Shown here: piece by piece, positions 27,906-36,377 of the stretch
Layout: each line of letters opens with the position of its first letter
Numbering within the stretch: position 1 is the stretch's first letter
Source of the DNA: an uncultured Ectothiorhodospiraceae bacterium
Lineage (GTDB): Bacteria; Pseudomonadota; Gammaproteobacteria; UBA9214
Direction: 5' to 3'
Assembly: GCA_947258615.1 (NCBI GenBank)
Contig: CAMYIX010000043.1
Span: 1,825-65,824, forward strand
Length of the DNA stretch: 64,000 nt
Made by a program: the position numbers and the translations under genes
The notes under the pieces: model-generated
What the model was told of the DNA's origin: nothing
The model's input: only the letters and a program-made list of their open reading frames with translations
Databases searched by the model: none

Positions 27906-30900
27906 ATGCGTATCTTGATCGGAGTGTTTATTATGCTGGCCGGCCTCGTTGCCGCCATCATATCTGCTTTAAAATCAATGGCTAAGCCCGAGTTCTGGCA
28001 GAGGGGCGCAGAGCGGCTGAAGGCGTATTCCCAGGCGATGGGGGAGCCGGGGACGGTTGCCGGGCAATTCGGCAGCCGGAATACGGGTGTCGACCAGAGC
28101 GCGCCCGGGGCAGCTGACGCGCAGCAGACACTGCCGCTGTTCGCGGATATTGAGCAGGAGATCAGTCAGCTGCAGGACAAGGTTCATTACCTGGACAGCG
28201 CCTACCGGGAAAGTGAGGGTCGTGCCGAGCTGCTCGAGGCCAGACTGAAGGAAATCGGCCAGCTGGATGGCGTGGTCGATGAGCGCAGGCATGAAATAAA
28301 CCAGTCGTGCGGAACAACCGATGATCCTGGTTCCACAGTAGTCATCAGCCAGGAAGGTGCGACCCCAGCGGACCTCAAGAAGCAGGCAAGCGATCAGCTG
28401 GAGATAAAGATCAAGCAGCGTGACGATGAACTCGTCGAACTGAGGGAAAAGCTGCAAGTGCTGGAAGAATTGCGTGCCCGCGAGTCCGAACGCCAGGAAA
28501 ACAAGGAACGGGAAACCGATGAACTGACATCAAAAATAGAAGAACTCAGCGCCGCATTGCAGGAAAGCGGGCAATGTGCGGGCCAGCAGCTTGAGGAAAA
28601 AAACCGGGAAATCAGGGAGCTCCAGGAGCGGTTCCAGCAGACGAAAACCGTACACCTCGAGAGAGAGAATCTGGCCAGGCAGCAACTTGATTTCAATATG
28701 CAGGAACTCAGGCAGCTTGGAGAGACTATCGAAGTCAAGGAGCAGGAAATCGTGGGTCTGCAGGGCAAGATCCATCAAATGGACCTGGCAGCGAATGAGG
28801 CCGAAGAGCGCGCGGTCCTGCTGGAAGAGAAGGAACGTCACATCAGCCGACTGCAAGGTCAGGTCCATGAACTCGATGCAGCCCTGCATCACAGTGCCGA
28901 ACGCTCCCAGCAACTCGAAACCAGCGAGCATGAGGTGGCACGGCTGGGTACCCGGGTGGTTGAGCTGGAATCTGCGCTGACTGACAGCCGGGAGCGCGTA
29001 GAGCAACTGGAGAAGAAAGATCAGGAGATCGAACACCTCAATACCGTGGTGCAGCAGAAGGCCGATCATATTTCCAGCCTCGAAGACCGGCTTGAGTTAC
29101 AGGATGCCGCCATTCAGGAAGGGAACGAGCGCGACGCCCTGCTTGAGTCCAGGGCGCGCGAGGTTATTGAGCTGCATAACCGGGTGCAGGAACTGGAAGC
29201 AATACTGCAAGACAGCCATGAACGTACCCTGCAACTGGAAGGCAAGGAACAGGAGGTAAACTCGCTGACGGCCCGGGTGCAGGAGCTTGCACGCCTCAAT
29301 GAGGTATTGCAGCAGAAGACCGATCATCTCGAGGCATTGGAGCAGCGGGTCCAGGCGCTGGATGCGGCCCTCCAGGAGGGCCATGACTATAGTCAGTTAC
29401 TGGAGGCCCGGGACCAGGAAATCGCGCGACTCGACGAGCAGGTGCAGCTACTCGAGATCAGGGAGCATGAGATCAATGCACTTAATGTCCAGGTAAAGAA
29501 GCTGGAATCCGAACTGCATGACAGCCAGGAGCGCACCCATCAGCTCGAGGCCATAGAGCAGGAAATTGTGCGTCTGAGTGAGCAGGCTCAAAACCTTGAG
29601 GGCAAGGGTGTTGAGATTGAGGAGATGACCGACCGGATAAAGGAACTGGAATCCGAGCTGCATATTACTCAGCAGCGCGCAGGGCAACTGGAGGCCGGGG
29701 AGCAGGAGATTGCGCGCCTCAATGAGACGCTGCAGAAGAAGACCAATCATATCGTGGCACTGGAGCAGCAGGTCCAGAAGCTGGATGAAGTGGTACGGGA
29801 TGGCAATGAGCATGGTCAGTTGCTGCAGATCAGGGATCAGGAGATTGCGCGGCTTGTTGAACAAACCCACAAGCTCTCCGGGCAGGCGCAGCAACTCGAG
29901 GGCAGGAATGAGGAAGTCAGGCAACTGAATAACCGGGTAGAGGAGCTTGAATCTGCCCTATCTGAGGCTGGCAAGCATGCACAGCTACTCGAGATCAAAC
30001 AGCAGGAAGTCAGCGAGCTGAATGCCAGGCTGCAGGATCTGTCAGTTGCGCTGCAGGAAAGTCAGGGCCGCGCGAAAGAAGCTGATGCCAGGAGCGAGGA
30101 AATCGCTCGCTTGAATGCACGACTCCGGGAGCTGGAAGCCGCGGTCGAGGCTGGCAATGAGCAGGCGCAGGTGCTACAGGCGAAGGAGCAAGAACTCGGC
30201 GAATTGACTGCCCGGCTCCGGGAGCTGGAAGCCGCGGTCGAGGCTGGCAATGAGCAGGCGCAGGTGCTGCAGGCGAAGGAGCAGGAGGTCGGTGAGCTCA
30301 CCGCCCGGCTGCGGGAGCTGGAAGCCGCGGTCGAGGCCGGCAATGCGCAGGCGCAGGCGTTGCAGGCGAAGGAGCAGGAGCTCGGCGGGCTCACCGCACG
30401 ATTGCAGGAGCTGGAAGCCGCGGTCGAGGCTGGTAATGCGCAGGCCCAACAGCTGGAGGTGAAGGAGCAGGAGGTCGGCGGGCTCACCGCACGATTGCAG
30501 GAGCTGGAAGCCGCGGTCGAGGCCGGTAATGCGCAGGCCCAACAGCTGGAGGTGAAGGAGCAGGAACTCGGCGAATTGACTGCCCGGCTCCGGGAGCTGG
30601 AAGCCGCGGTCGAGGTCGGCAATGCGCAGGCGCAGGTACTGCAATCGAGGGAGCAGGAGGTCGGCGAACTGACTGCACGGCTGCAGGAGCAGGTCAGGCA
30701 GCTGCAGGCCTGGGAGCAGGAAACTGCCAGTTTGCAGATGGCTGTGAGTGAGAAGGATGAGCAGATCAACGAAATCAAAGGGAAGATGCATGACCTGGCC
30801 ATCACCCTGCGCGATACCACGGCAGACGCAAAGGAGGCAGATGCCAGGCGCGAGGAAATCCTGCGCCTGAATCAACGGCTCAGGGAGTTGGAAGCCGACG

Positions 30901-33731
30901 TTGAGGCGGGCAATGCGCAGGCACAGCAGCTGCTGGCGAAGGAGCAGGAGCTCAGTGACCTGACTGCCCGGCTGAAGGAGCTGGAAGCTGCAGTCAGTGA
31001 AAAGGAAGAGTATGCCCGGCAGCTGGATGCAAGAGACCAGCAGATTGCGCAGCTCGGCATGGAAGTCGAGGCAAAGGGTCATGAGATCGCCAAGATGCAC
31101 GGTCAAATCCAGGACCTGGATGCGGCGGCGCAGCAAAGCGAAGCCATGGCCCGTTGCATTGAAGAGAAGGACCAGCAAATCGCCCGACTGCATTCCCAGG
31201 TACAGAGGCTGGGAACAGCTGTGCGTAAGAGCGCGGACCGTGTCCAGGTACTCGAGGAAAGGGAACACCTGATCGAGCAACTGAAAGGTGAGGTCAGGAG
31301 GCTGGAGGAAGGCAAGGATGAACTTGAACTGAGCCGGGAGGAGATGGCCCGGATGCAGGTGCGGCTTGAAGAGATGAGTGAGTCAGCACAAGCCGCTACC
31401 GATCAGGCGCAGCAGATGGAAATCAGGGAACGTGAAGCCAACGAGCTGCTTAACCGGGTAGAGGAACTGGAAAGTCAGCTGCATGAGAGTCATGAACGTG
31501 CTCAGCAGCTGCAGGCGAAGGAGCAGGAAGTTGGCGAGCTCACCACCCGGCTGCGGGAGCTGGAAGCCGCCGTCGAGGCCGGCAATTCACAGGCACAGGC
31601 GCTGCAGGCGAAGGAGCAGGAGCTCGGCGAACTCACCGCCCGGCTGCAGGAGCTGGAAGCCGCGGTCGAGGCCGGCAATGTGCAGGCGCAGGTGCTGCAG
31701 GCGAAGGAGCAGGAAGTTGGCGAACTCACCGCCCGCCTGCGGGAGCTGGAAGCCGCGGTCGAGGCCGGCAATGCGCAGGCACAGCAGCTGCAGGCGAAGG
31801 AGCAGGAAGTTGGCGAACTCACCACCCAGCTGCAGGAGCTGGAAGCCACCGTCGAGGCCGGCAATGCACAGGCACAGGCGCTGCAGGCGAAGGAGCAGGA
31901 GCTCGGGGAAGTCACTGCCCGGCTGCGAGAGCTGGAAGCCGCGGTCGAGGCGGGCAACGCGCAGGCACAGCAGCTGCAGGCGAAGGAACAGGAACTCGGC
32001 GAACTCACCGCCCGGCTGCAGGAGCTGGAATCGGCTGCCGCCGAGGGTGGCGACCATGCGCAGCTGCTGGAAGTCAAGCAGCAGGAAGTCAGCCGGCTGA
32101 CAGGGGAACTCGAGGAATTATCTGTCGAGCTGCAGGGCAGTCAGGAGCGTGCGCAGCAACTTGAAGCCAGGGAGCAGGAGATTTCACGTCTGGAGGAAAG
32201 GGCCAGGGAACTGGAGGCGGCACTGCAAGACAGCACTGAACGGGAACAACTGCTTGAGGCCAGGGAGCACGAAGTGACTGAACTCAAGGGCAAGCTCCAG
32301 GAGATGGCTGTGGTCCTGCAAGACAAGGAATCCCTTTCCGGAGGGCTGGCGGCTGTAACCCAGAATCAGATGGATGAGCAGGATATCGCTGTCAATTCTG
32401 TAGAGGAAGAGAAGTTGATGGAGATCAGCAAGCAGGACCCATTGACGGGTCTGTTCAATCGGCAGCATTTCATGCAGCTACTGGAAGAAAGCCTGGCCCA
32501 GGACAACGCGAGAAACGGCGACCAGGTGTTGATCTATATATTGCTGGAAAACTTCAAGTCAGTCCGCGATGAAATCGGGATTAACGGCAGTGATCTGGTT
32601 CTGCGTGAAACTGCTGCGCAGATCGCCTCCAATTGTGGTGAACAGGATCTAATCGCCCGTTTCAGCGACACTGTCTTTGTGGTGTTGCATCGTGGCGAAC
32701 ATCTGAGTGAGACCCGGGAGCTTTCCGAAAAAATGTTGCATGCTATCGAGCACCATGTCTTCGATGCTGAAGGAAGCTCAGTGATGGTTAAACTCAGTAT
32801 CGGTTTGTGCCCTGTCAGTGAGCATACCAGTACCGCGCAGGATGTGATTACACGTGCCGATCTGGCGTGTGAGGTTGCCAGCTCGTCCGAGGGGTCAAGA
32901 ATTCATTCCCACGACGTGACTGTTGACGAGCAGATGAGCCAGGACCATGAGGGCGAGTGGGATGTGATGATAAGGAATACGCTTGATGAAGAGCGCTTTT
33001 ACCTTGTCTACCAACCCATCGTCAGTCTCAACGGCGATGTCAGTGAGCGTTACGAGGTGCTGCTCAGGATCGTCGACGATGAGGGGCAGGTGGTTCTGCC
33101 AAGCCAGTTCCTGTCGATCGCAGACAAGATCGGACTGACCCATGAAATCGATCGTTGGGTCATTGATACCGCTATTACGACACTGGCAGAGCTGCACCGT
33201 GAGGGGAGGGACACAACGTTTTTTGTGAAGATATCCGGTAAAACACTGGCCGACAGCGAACTGCCTCTGTGGATCCATGAAAAGATCAGCGAATGCCAGG
33301 TCAAGACGGGGAATATCGTTTTCGAGATTACCGAGGCGGTTGCGCTCAAGGACCTCAGAAACACCATGCACTTCGTCAATGCCATGAACAAACTGGGCTG
33401 CAAGGTGGCGCTGGAACACTATGGTCGCGCTAACCAGCCGCAGCTGCTCAAGCACCTGTCCGTGGATGTCCTCAAGATCGATGGAAGCCTGATCGAGAAT
33501 CTGAGCACCAACAAGGAAAATCAGGTCATCGTGAAGCGCATCATCGAGGCTGCCAACAGCCACGATATCAAGTGTACAGCTGAACGCGTGGAAGAGGCCC
33601 ATGATCTCGGGATGCTCTGGCAGTACGGTGTCGAGTTTGTCCAGGGCAATTTTGCCCAGATACCGAGCAAGGACCTGGATTACAATTTCGAGGGGGATTC
33701 CGCCGAGGAGGAATCGACGATCTATATGTGA
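27906..33731 (+). CDS. Giant membrane-anchored coiled-coil protein with C-terminal degenerate GGDEF and EAL domains
   Basis: 1,941-aa uninterrupted ORF. It has one N-terminal TM helix and about 1,400 aa of E/Q/L/A/R-rich heptad-type sequence. The GGDEF-fold domain (PLTGLFNRQHF) carries RFSDTVF in place of GGDEF. The EAL domain keeps EVLLR, FEITE and KIDGS, but has EHYG in place of DDFG. Confidence 0.85.
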   Translation: MRILIGVFIMLAGLVAAIISALKSMAKPEFWQRGAERLKAYSQAMGEPGTVAGQFGSRNTGVDQSAPGAADAQQTLPLFADIEQEISQLQDKVHYLDSAYRESEGRAELLEARLKEIGQLDGVVDERRHEINQSCGTTDDPGSTVVISQEGATPADLKKQASDQLEIKIKQRDDELVELREKLQVLEELRARESERQENKERETDELTSKIEELSAALQESGQCAGQQLEEKNREIRELQERFQQTKTVHLERENLARQQLDFNMQELRQLGETIEVKEQEIVGLQGKIHQMDLAANEAEERAVLLEEKERHISRLQGQVHELDAALHHSAERSQQLETSEHEVARLGTRVVELESALTDSRERVEQLEKKDQEIEHLNTVVQQKADHISSLEDRLELQDAAIQEGNERDALLESRAREVIELHNRVQELEAILQDSHERTLQLEGKEQEVNSLTARVQELARLNEVLQQKTDHLEALEQRVQALDAALQEGHDYSQLLEARDQEIARLDEQVQLLEIREHEINALNVQVKKLESELHDSQERTHQLEAIEQEIVRLSEQAQNLEGKGVEIEEMTDRIKELESELHITQQRAGQLEAGEQEIARLNETLQKKTNHIVALEQQVQKLDEVVRDGNEHGQLLQIRDQEIARLVEQTHKLSGQAQQLEGRNEEVRQLNNRVEELESALSEAGKHAQLLEIKQQEVSELNARLQDLSVALQESQGRAKEADARSEEIARLNARLRELEAAVEAGNEQAQVLQAKEQELGELTARLRELEAAVEAGNEQAQVLQAKEQEVGELTARLRELEAAVEAGNAQAQALQAKEQELGGLTARLQELEAAVEAGNAQAQQLEVKEQEVGGLTARLQELEAAVEAGNAQAQQLEVKEQELGELTARLRELEAAVEVGNAQAQVLQSREQEVGELTARLQEQVRQLQAWEQETASLQMAVSEKDEQINEIKGKMHDLAITLRDTTADAKEADARREEILRLNQRLRELEADVEAGNAQAQQLLAKEQELSDLTARLKELEAAVSEKEEYARQLDARDQQIAQLGMEVEAKGHEIAKMHGQIQDLDAAAQQSEAMARCIEEKDQQIARLHSQVQRLGTAVRKSADRVQVLEEREHLIEQLKGEVRRLEEGKDELELSREEMARMQVRLEEMSESAQAATDQAQQMEIREREANELLNRVEELESQLHESHERAQQLQAKEQEVGELTTRLRELEAAVEAGNSQAQALQAKEQELGELTARLQELEAAVEAGNVQAQVLQAKEQEVGELTARLRELEAAVEAGNAQAQQLQAKEQEVGELTTQLQELEATVEAGNAQAQALQAKEQELGEVTARLRELEAAVEAGNAQAQQLQAKEQELGELTARLQELESAAAEGGDHAQLLEVKQQEVSRLTGELEELSVELQGSQERAQQLEAREQEISRLEERARELEAALQDSTEREQLLEAREHEVTELKGKLQEMAVVLQDKESLSGGLAAVTQNQMDEQDIAVNSVEEEKLMEISKQDPLTGLFNRQHFMQLLEESLAQDNARNGDQVLIYILLENFKSVRDEIGINGSDLVLRETAAQIASNCGEQDLIARFSDTVFVVLHRGEHLSETRELSEKMLHAIEHHVFDAEGSSVMVKLSIGLCPVSEHTSTAQDVITRADLACEVASSSEGSRIHSHDVTVDEQMSQDHEGEWDVMIRNTLDEERFYLVYQPIVSLNGDVSERYEVLLRIVDDEGQVVLPSQFLSIADKIGLTHEIDRWVIDTAITTLAELHREGRDTTFFVKISGKTLADSELPLWIHEKISECQVKTGNIVFEITEAVALKDLRNTMHFVNAMNKLGCKVALEHYGRANQPQLLKHLSVDVLKIDGSLIENLSTNKENQVIVKRIIEAANSHDIKCTAERVEEAHDLGMLWQYGVEFVQGNFAQIPSKDLDYNFEGDSAEEESTIYM
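30117..30674 (+). repeat. In-frame tandem array 1: 6 x 93 bp (31 aa)
   Basis: Units start at 30117, 30210, 30303, 30396, 30489 and 30582. Consensus ARL(R/Q)ELEAAVEAGN(A/E)QAQ.L..KEQE(L/V)G(E/G)LT. Confidence 0.9.
31503..32102 (+). repeat. In-frame tandem array 2: five 93-bp units (31545-32009) plus partial or degenerate flanking units
   Basis: It has the same 31-aa consensus as array 1. I checked the phase at 31545 and 32010. Confidence 0.9.
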
Positions 33732-33758
33732 CCCTGCAGTGTAACAAGCTGCTCATTA

Positions 33759-33796
33759 CGCAAAAGGCTCGTTCCGGATGGAGCGGGCCTTTTGCG
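33759..33796 (+). terminator. Terminator-like hairpin after the giant ORF
   Basis: cgcaaaaggctcg-12 nt loop-cgggccttttgcg: a 13-bp stem with one mismatch, 28 nt after the stop. There is no clear U-tract. Confidence 0.45.
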
Positions 33797-33846
33797 TGAA
33801 CTGGCGCTAAAATGCCTGTATAAGGTATTTGCCAAGGGGCAGGGCG

Positions 33847-34455
33847 ATGTGTAAACACTACCCGGTAACGGATGTGATGCTAAGGTTCATGATGTGTTTC
33901 GTGTTATTGCCCTCACTGGCGATAGCGGCTGTGGTGCGCAGTGCGGACGAGGAGACCGGCCTGGTGAAGTGGCACTTCACAGCAGGTGATCTGGAGATAG
34001 AACTGATTCAGCGGCTGCCGGACCAGACGCGCGGCTTCTTCCTGGCGCGCGGATTCTCCAGCGCGGTGGCCAATGAAATCGCCACCCGTTGCGTGTTCCA
34101 GACGATTGTACGCAACCGCAGCGAGTCGCCTGACGGCAAACCGGTCACGATTGATCTTGGTGAATGGCGCATCGTCCATGCCGGTACCCGCCGTCCTATC
34201 CGCCTCAAGGAGGACTGGATGGCTTCATGGCCGGAAGACAGGGTCAGCCAGGCATCCAGGCTCGCATTCCGCTGGGCGACCTTGCCGACCACGCAGGAGT
34301 TTCTGCCGGGGGACTATAACTGGGGCATGACGGCCTATGGACTGCCGCCGGGCGCCGTATTTGACCTGAACCTGGTCTGGCAGCAGGACGATCAGACAAA
34401 GGCCGGCTGGATACGCGGTATCGAATGTCCACCCGATGTGGATCGGCTGAAATGA
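33847..34455 (+). CDS. Hypothetical secreted protein
   Basis: AAGGGG RBS before ATG at 33847 (tracked ORF starts at 33829). Signal-like MLRFMMCFVLLPSLAIAA. The stop overlaps the next gene's start (ATGA). No family recognised. Confidence 0.6.
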   Translation: MCKHYPVTDVMLRFMMCFVLLPSLAIAAVVRSADEETGLVKWHFTAGDLEIELIQRLPDQTRGFFLARGFSSAVANEIATRCVFQTIVRNRSESPDGKPVTIDLGEWRIVHAGTRRPIRLKEDWMASWPEDRVSQASRLAFRWATLPTTQEFLPGDYNWGMTAYGLPPGAVFDLNLVWQQDDQTKAGWIRGIECPPDVDRLK

Positions 34456-34964
34456 GGGTCTTGAGGACATTGTGCCTGTTGTGGGGGTGCCTGTTCAGCC
34501 TCGGCAGCGCAGTTGCTGCGGATCAGACTCTGTCGCCGGTGCCGGGCAGGCCACTCGCGCCTGACTTCACCTTGCAGGATACTGACGGAAATCAGCACCG
34601 CCTCTCGGATTATCGCGGTCGGCCGGTGTTAATCAATTTCTGGGCCACCTGGTGTCCACCCTGCCGCGAGGAGATTCCCTCCATGAACCGCGCCTGGGCC
34701 AGGATTGCGGAAGAGGGTATTGCCATGTTGGCCATCAACGTGGGCGAGGACGAGGACACCATCTTTGTCTTTACCGCCGATTACCCGGCCGATTTCCCCC
34801 TGCTGCTTGATCGAGACGGGGAGGTGATCGGGCAGTGGCCCGTGAAGGGGCTGCCGACCACTTATATCGTGGATCCGCAAGGTCGCATCGCCTACCGTGC
34901 CATCGGCGGACGCGAGTGGGACGACGAGCGCTTGCTGGAAGCGCTGCGCGCGTTGCAGGAATGA
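34452..34964 (+). CDS. TlpA-family periplasmic thiol:disulfide oxidoreductase (thioredoxin fold)
   Basis: From ATG at 34452 the protein reads MRVLRTLCLLWGCLFSLGSAVA (signal), then VLINFWATWCPPCREEIP, which carries the WCxxC site. Confidence 0.8.
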   Translation: MRVLRTLCLLWGCLFSLGSAVAADQTLSPVPGRPLAPDFTLQDTDGNQHRLSDYRGRPVLINFWATWCPPCREEIPSMNRAWARIAEEGIAMLAINVGEDEDTIFVFTADYPADFPLLLDRDGEVIGQWPVKGLPTTYIVDPQGRIAYRAIGGREWDDERLLEALRALQE

Positions 34965-35489
34965 CGCAAGGAGACCGGGTTCCGGATCACTGTGTCAAGG
35001 GGAGTGTGCAATGTCAGAGTGGATCAGGTAATCCGGCCCCCTTGCGGTCATTAGACTATAGCGGGTTTCAGGTTTCAGTCCTTGTCTGTGTTCCTCTCTT
35101 GGTTATTGCCTGGTATCCAGTGTCCGACAATCGCTGCGGCGGCACTGCGACCCAGGTCACGATTCCCTTGTCACGCCCCTTCGGCAGCTTGTCCCGGTCA
35201 GCAGCGGTGATTTCCAAAGGAACACAATGCCTGTTATTCCGATTGCAGGCATCGGCTGACAAGTATCAGCATTATCAATGCATTACCCTGTCTGGAGTTG
35301 GACCTCAGGACAGGTCTGCCATGCCGGCGATGGCCATTGATAACCGGGGTCCTTGCTGCAACCGGTATGGGTATTATTTTTCCTTCAAATCTAAAGATTT
35401 AAGCCTGCAAGGCCGATCAGAACAGCATGGGGATATGCCTCGAGCCGGGTGTGCAAATTCGGGTGAAAAATGAAACCAACCTTATACCA

Positions 35490-36377
35490 ATGACCTGGAA
35501 GTCAATCATTGACAGATTACTTTACAGCCTGATCAGCGTCTGCCTGACCCTGTTACTTGTTGCCTGCTCATCCATAGATGAGGGCGGGCAGCTTGCCACG
35601 TTGCGTATCGGCCTCTTGCCGGACGAAAGTGAAGCGGAGCTTTACAGGCGATATACACCTCTGTTCGAGTTTCTCGAGAAGGAAACCGGGATACCCATTG
35701 AGCTCACCATTCCGGATTCCTATGATGAACTTGTAGAACTGTTCTCGGGCGGGTCGGTGGATCTGGCGTATTTTGGCGGTTATACCTTCGTAAAAGCCAA
35801 TATCGACCATGGCGCCGTGCCCCTGGTTATGCGTGACGTGGACATCAATTTCACCAGCGTCCTGATTGCAAATGGCAACAGCCAGGTGAAGGACTTCACG
35901 GAAACAGTGGGAAAGCGCTTTGCTTTCGGCTCAAGACTCTCGACCTCTGGACATCTGATGCCACGGCACTTCATGATTTCGGAAAAGAATATTGACCCGG
36001 AGAAACACTTCAGCAGCGTGCGTTACTCAGGTCTTCATGATCAAACCGCCTACTGGGTGCGCGACGGGGAGGTGGATCTGGGGGTGGCCAATGGCCGAAT
36101 CATTCGAAAGATGCTACAGGACGGGCGGTTGAGGCCGCAGGACATACGGATTATCTGGGAAACTCCGCCCTATTCCGATTATGTCTGGGCGGTGCAAGCG
36201 GGAGTCACACGAAAAGACAGGGATAAGATCAGGCAGGCCTTTATGAAACTCTCTGTCGACAATCCGTCACACGCAGTCATCCTGCATAACATCGATGCCG
36301 GTGGTTTCCTTCCAGCCAGCGAACAGGATTTTATCGATTTGAAGAAAATCGCTATTAGTATGGAGGCTGGCGAATGA
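35490..36377 (+). CDS. PhnD-like periplasmic substrate-binding lipoprotein
   Basis: MTWKSIIDRLLYSLISVCLTLLLVACSS (lipobox), then LRIGLLPDESEAELYRRYTPLFEFLEKETGIPIELTIPDSYDELVELFSGGSVDLAYFGG. The start is uncertain (tracked ORF starts at 35427). Confidence 0.7.
   Translation: MTWKSIIDRLLYSLISVCLTLLLVACSSIDEGGQLATLRIGLLPDESEAELYRRYTPLFEFLEKETGIPIELTIPDSYDELVELFSGGSVDLAYFGGYTFVKANIDHGAVPLVMRDVDINFTSVLIANGNSQVKDFTETVGKRFAFGSRLSTSGHLMPRHFMISEKNIDPEKHFSSVRYSGLHDQTAYWVRDGEVDLGVANGRIIRKMLQDGRLRPQDIRIIWETPPYSDYVWAVQAGVTRKDRDKIRQAFMKLSVDNPSHAVILHNIDAGGFLPASEQDFIDLKKIAISMEAGE

Noticed and set aside
30117-32102. Regular direct repeats considered as a possible CRISPR array
   Set aside because: The units are contiguous with no spacers, have a 93-bp period, lie in frame within a long ORF, and encode a coherent 31-aa coiled-coil module.
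34835-35473. 212-aa ORF spanning the tlpA-like 3' end and the 525-bp gap
   Set aside because: It overlaps tlpA in another frame. It has no RBS and no recognisable domain, and the composition changes mid-ORF.
34965-35489. Possible c-di-GMP riboswitch upstream of the binding-protein/GGDEF-EAL operon
   Set aside because: I could not find the conserved GEMM-type elements (for example an ACGCAAAGC-like core with flanking paired helices). It remains untested without a covariance-model scan.
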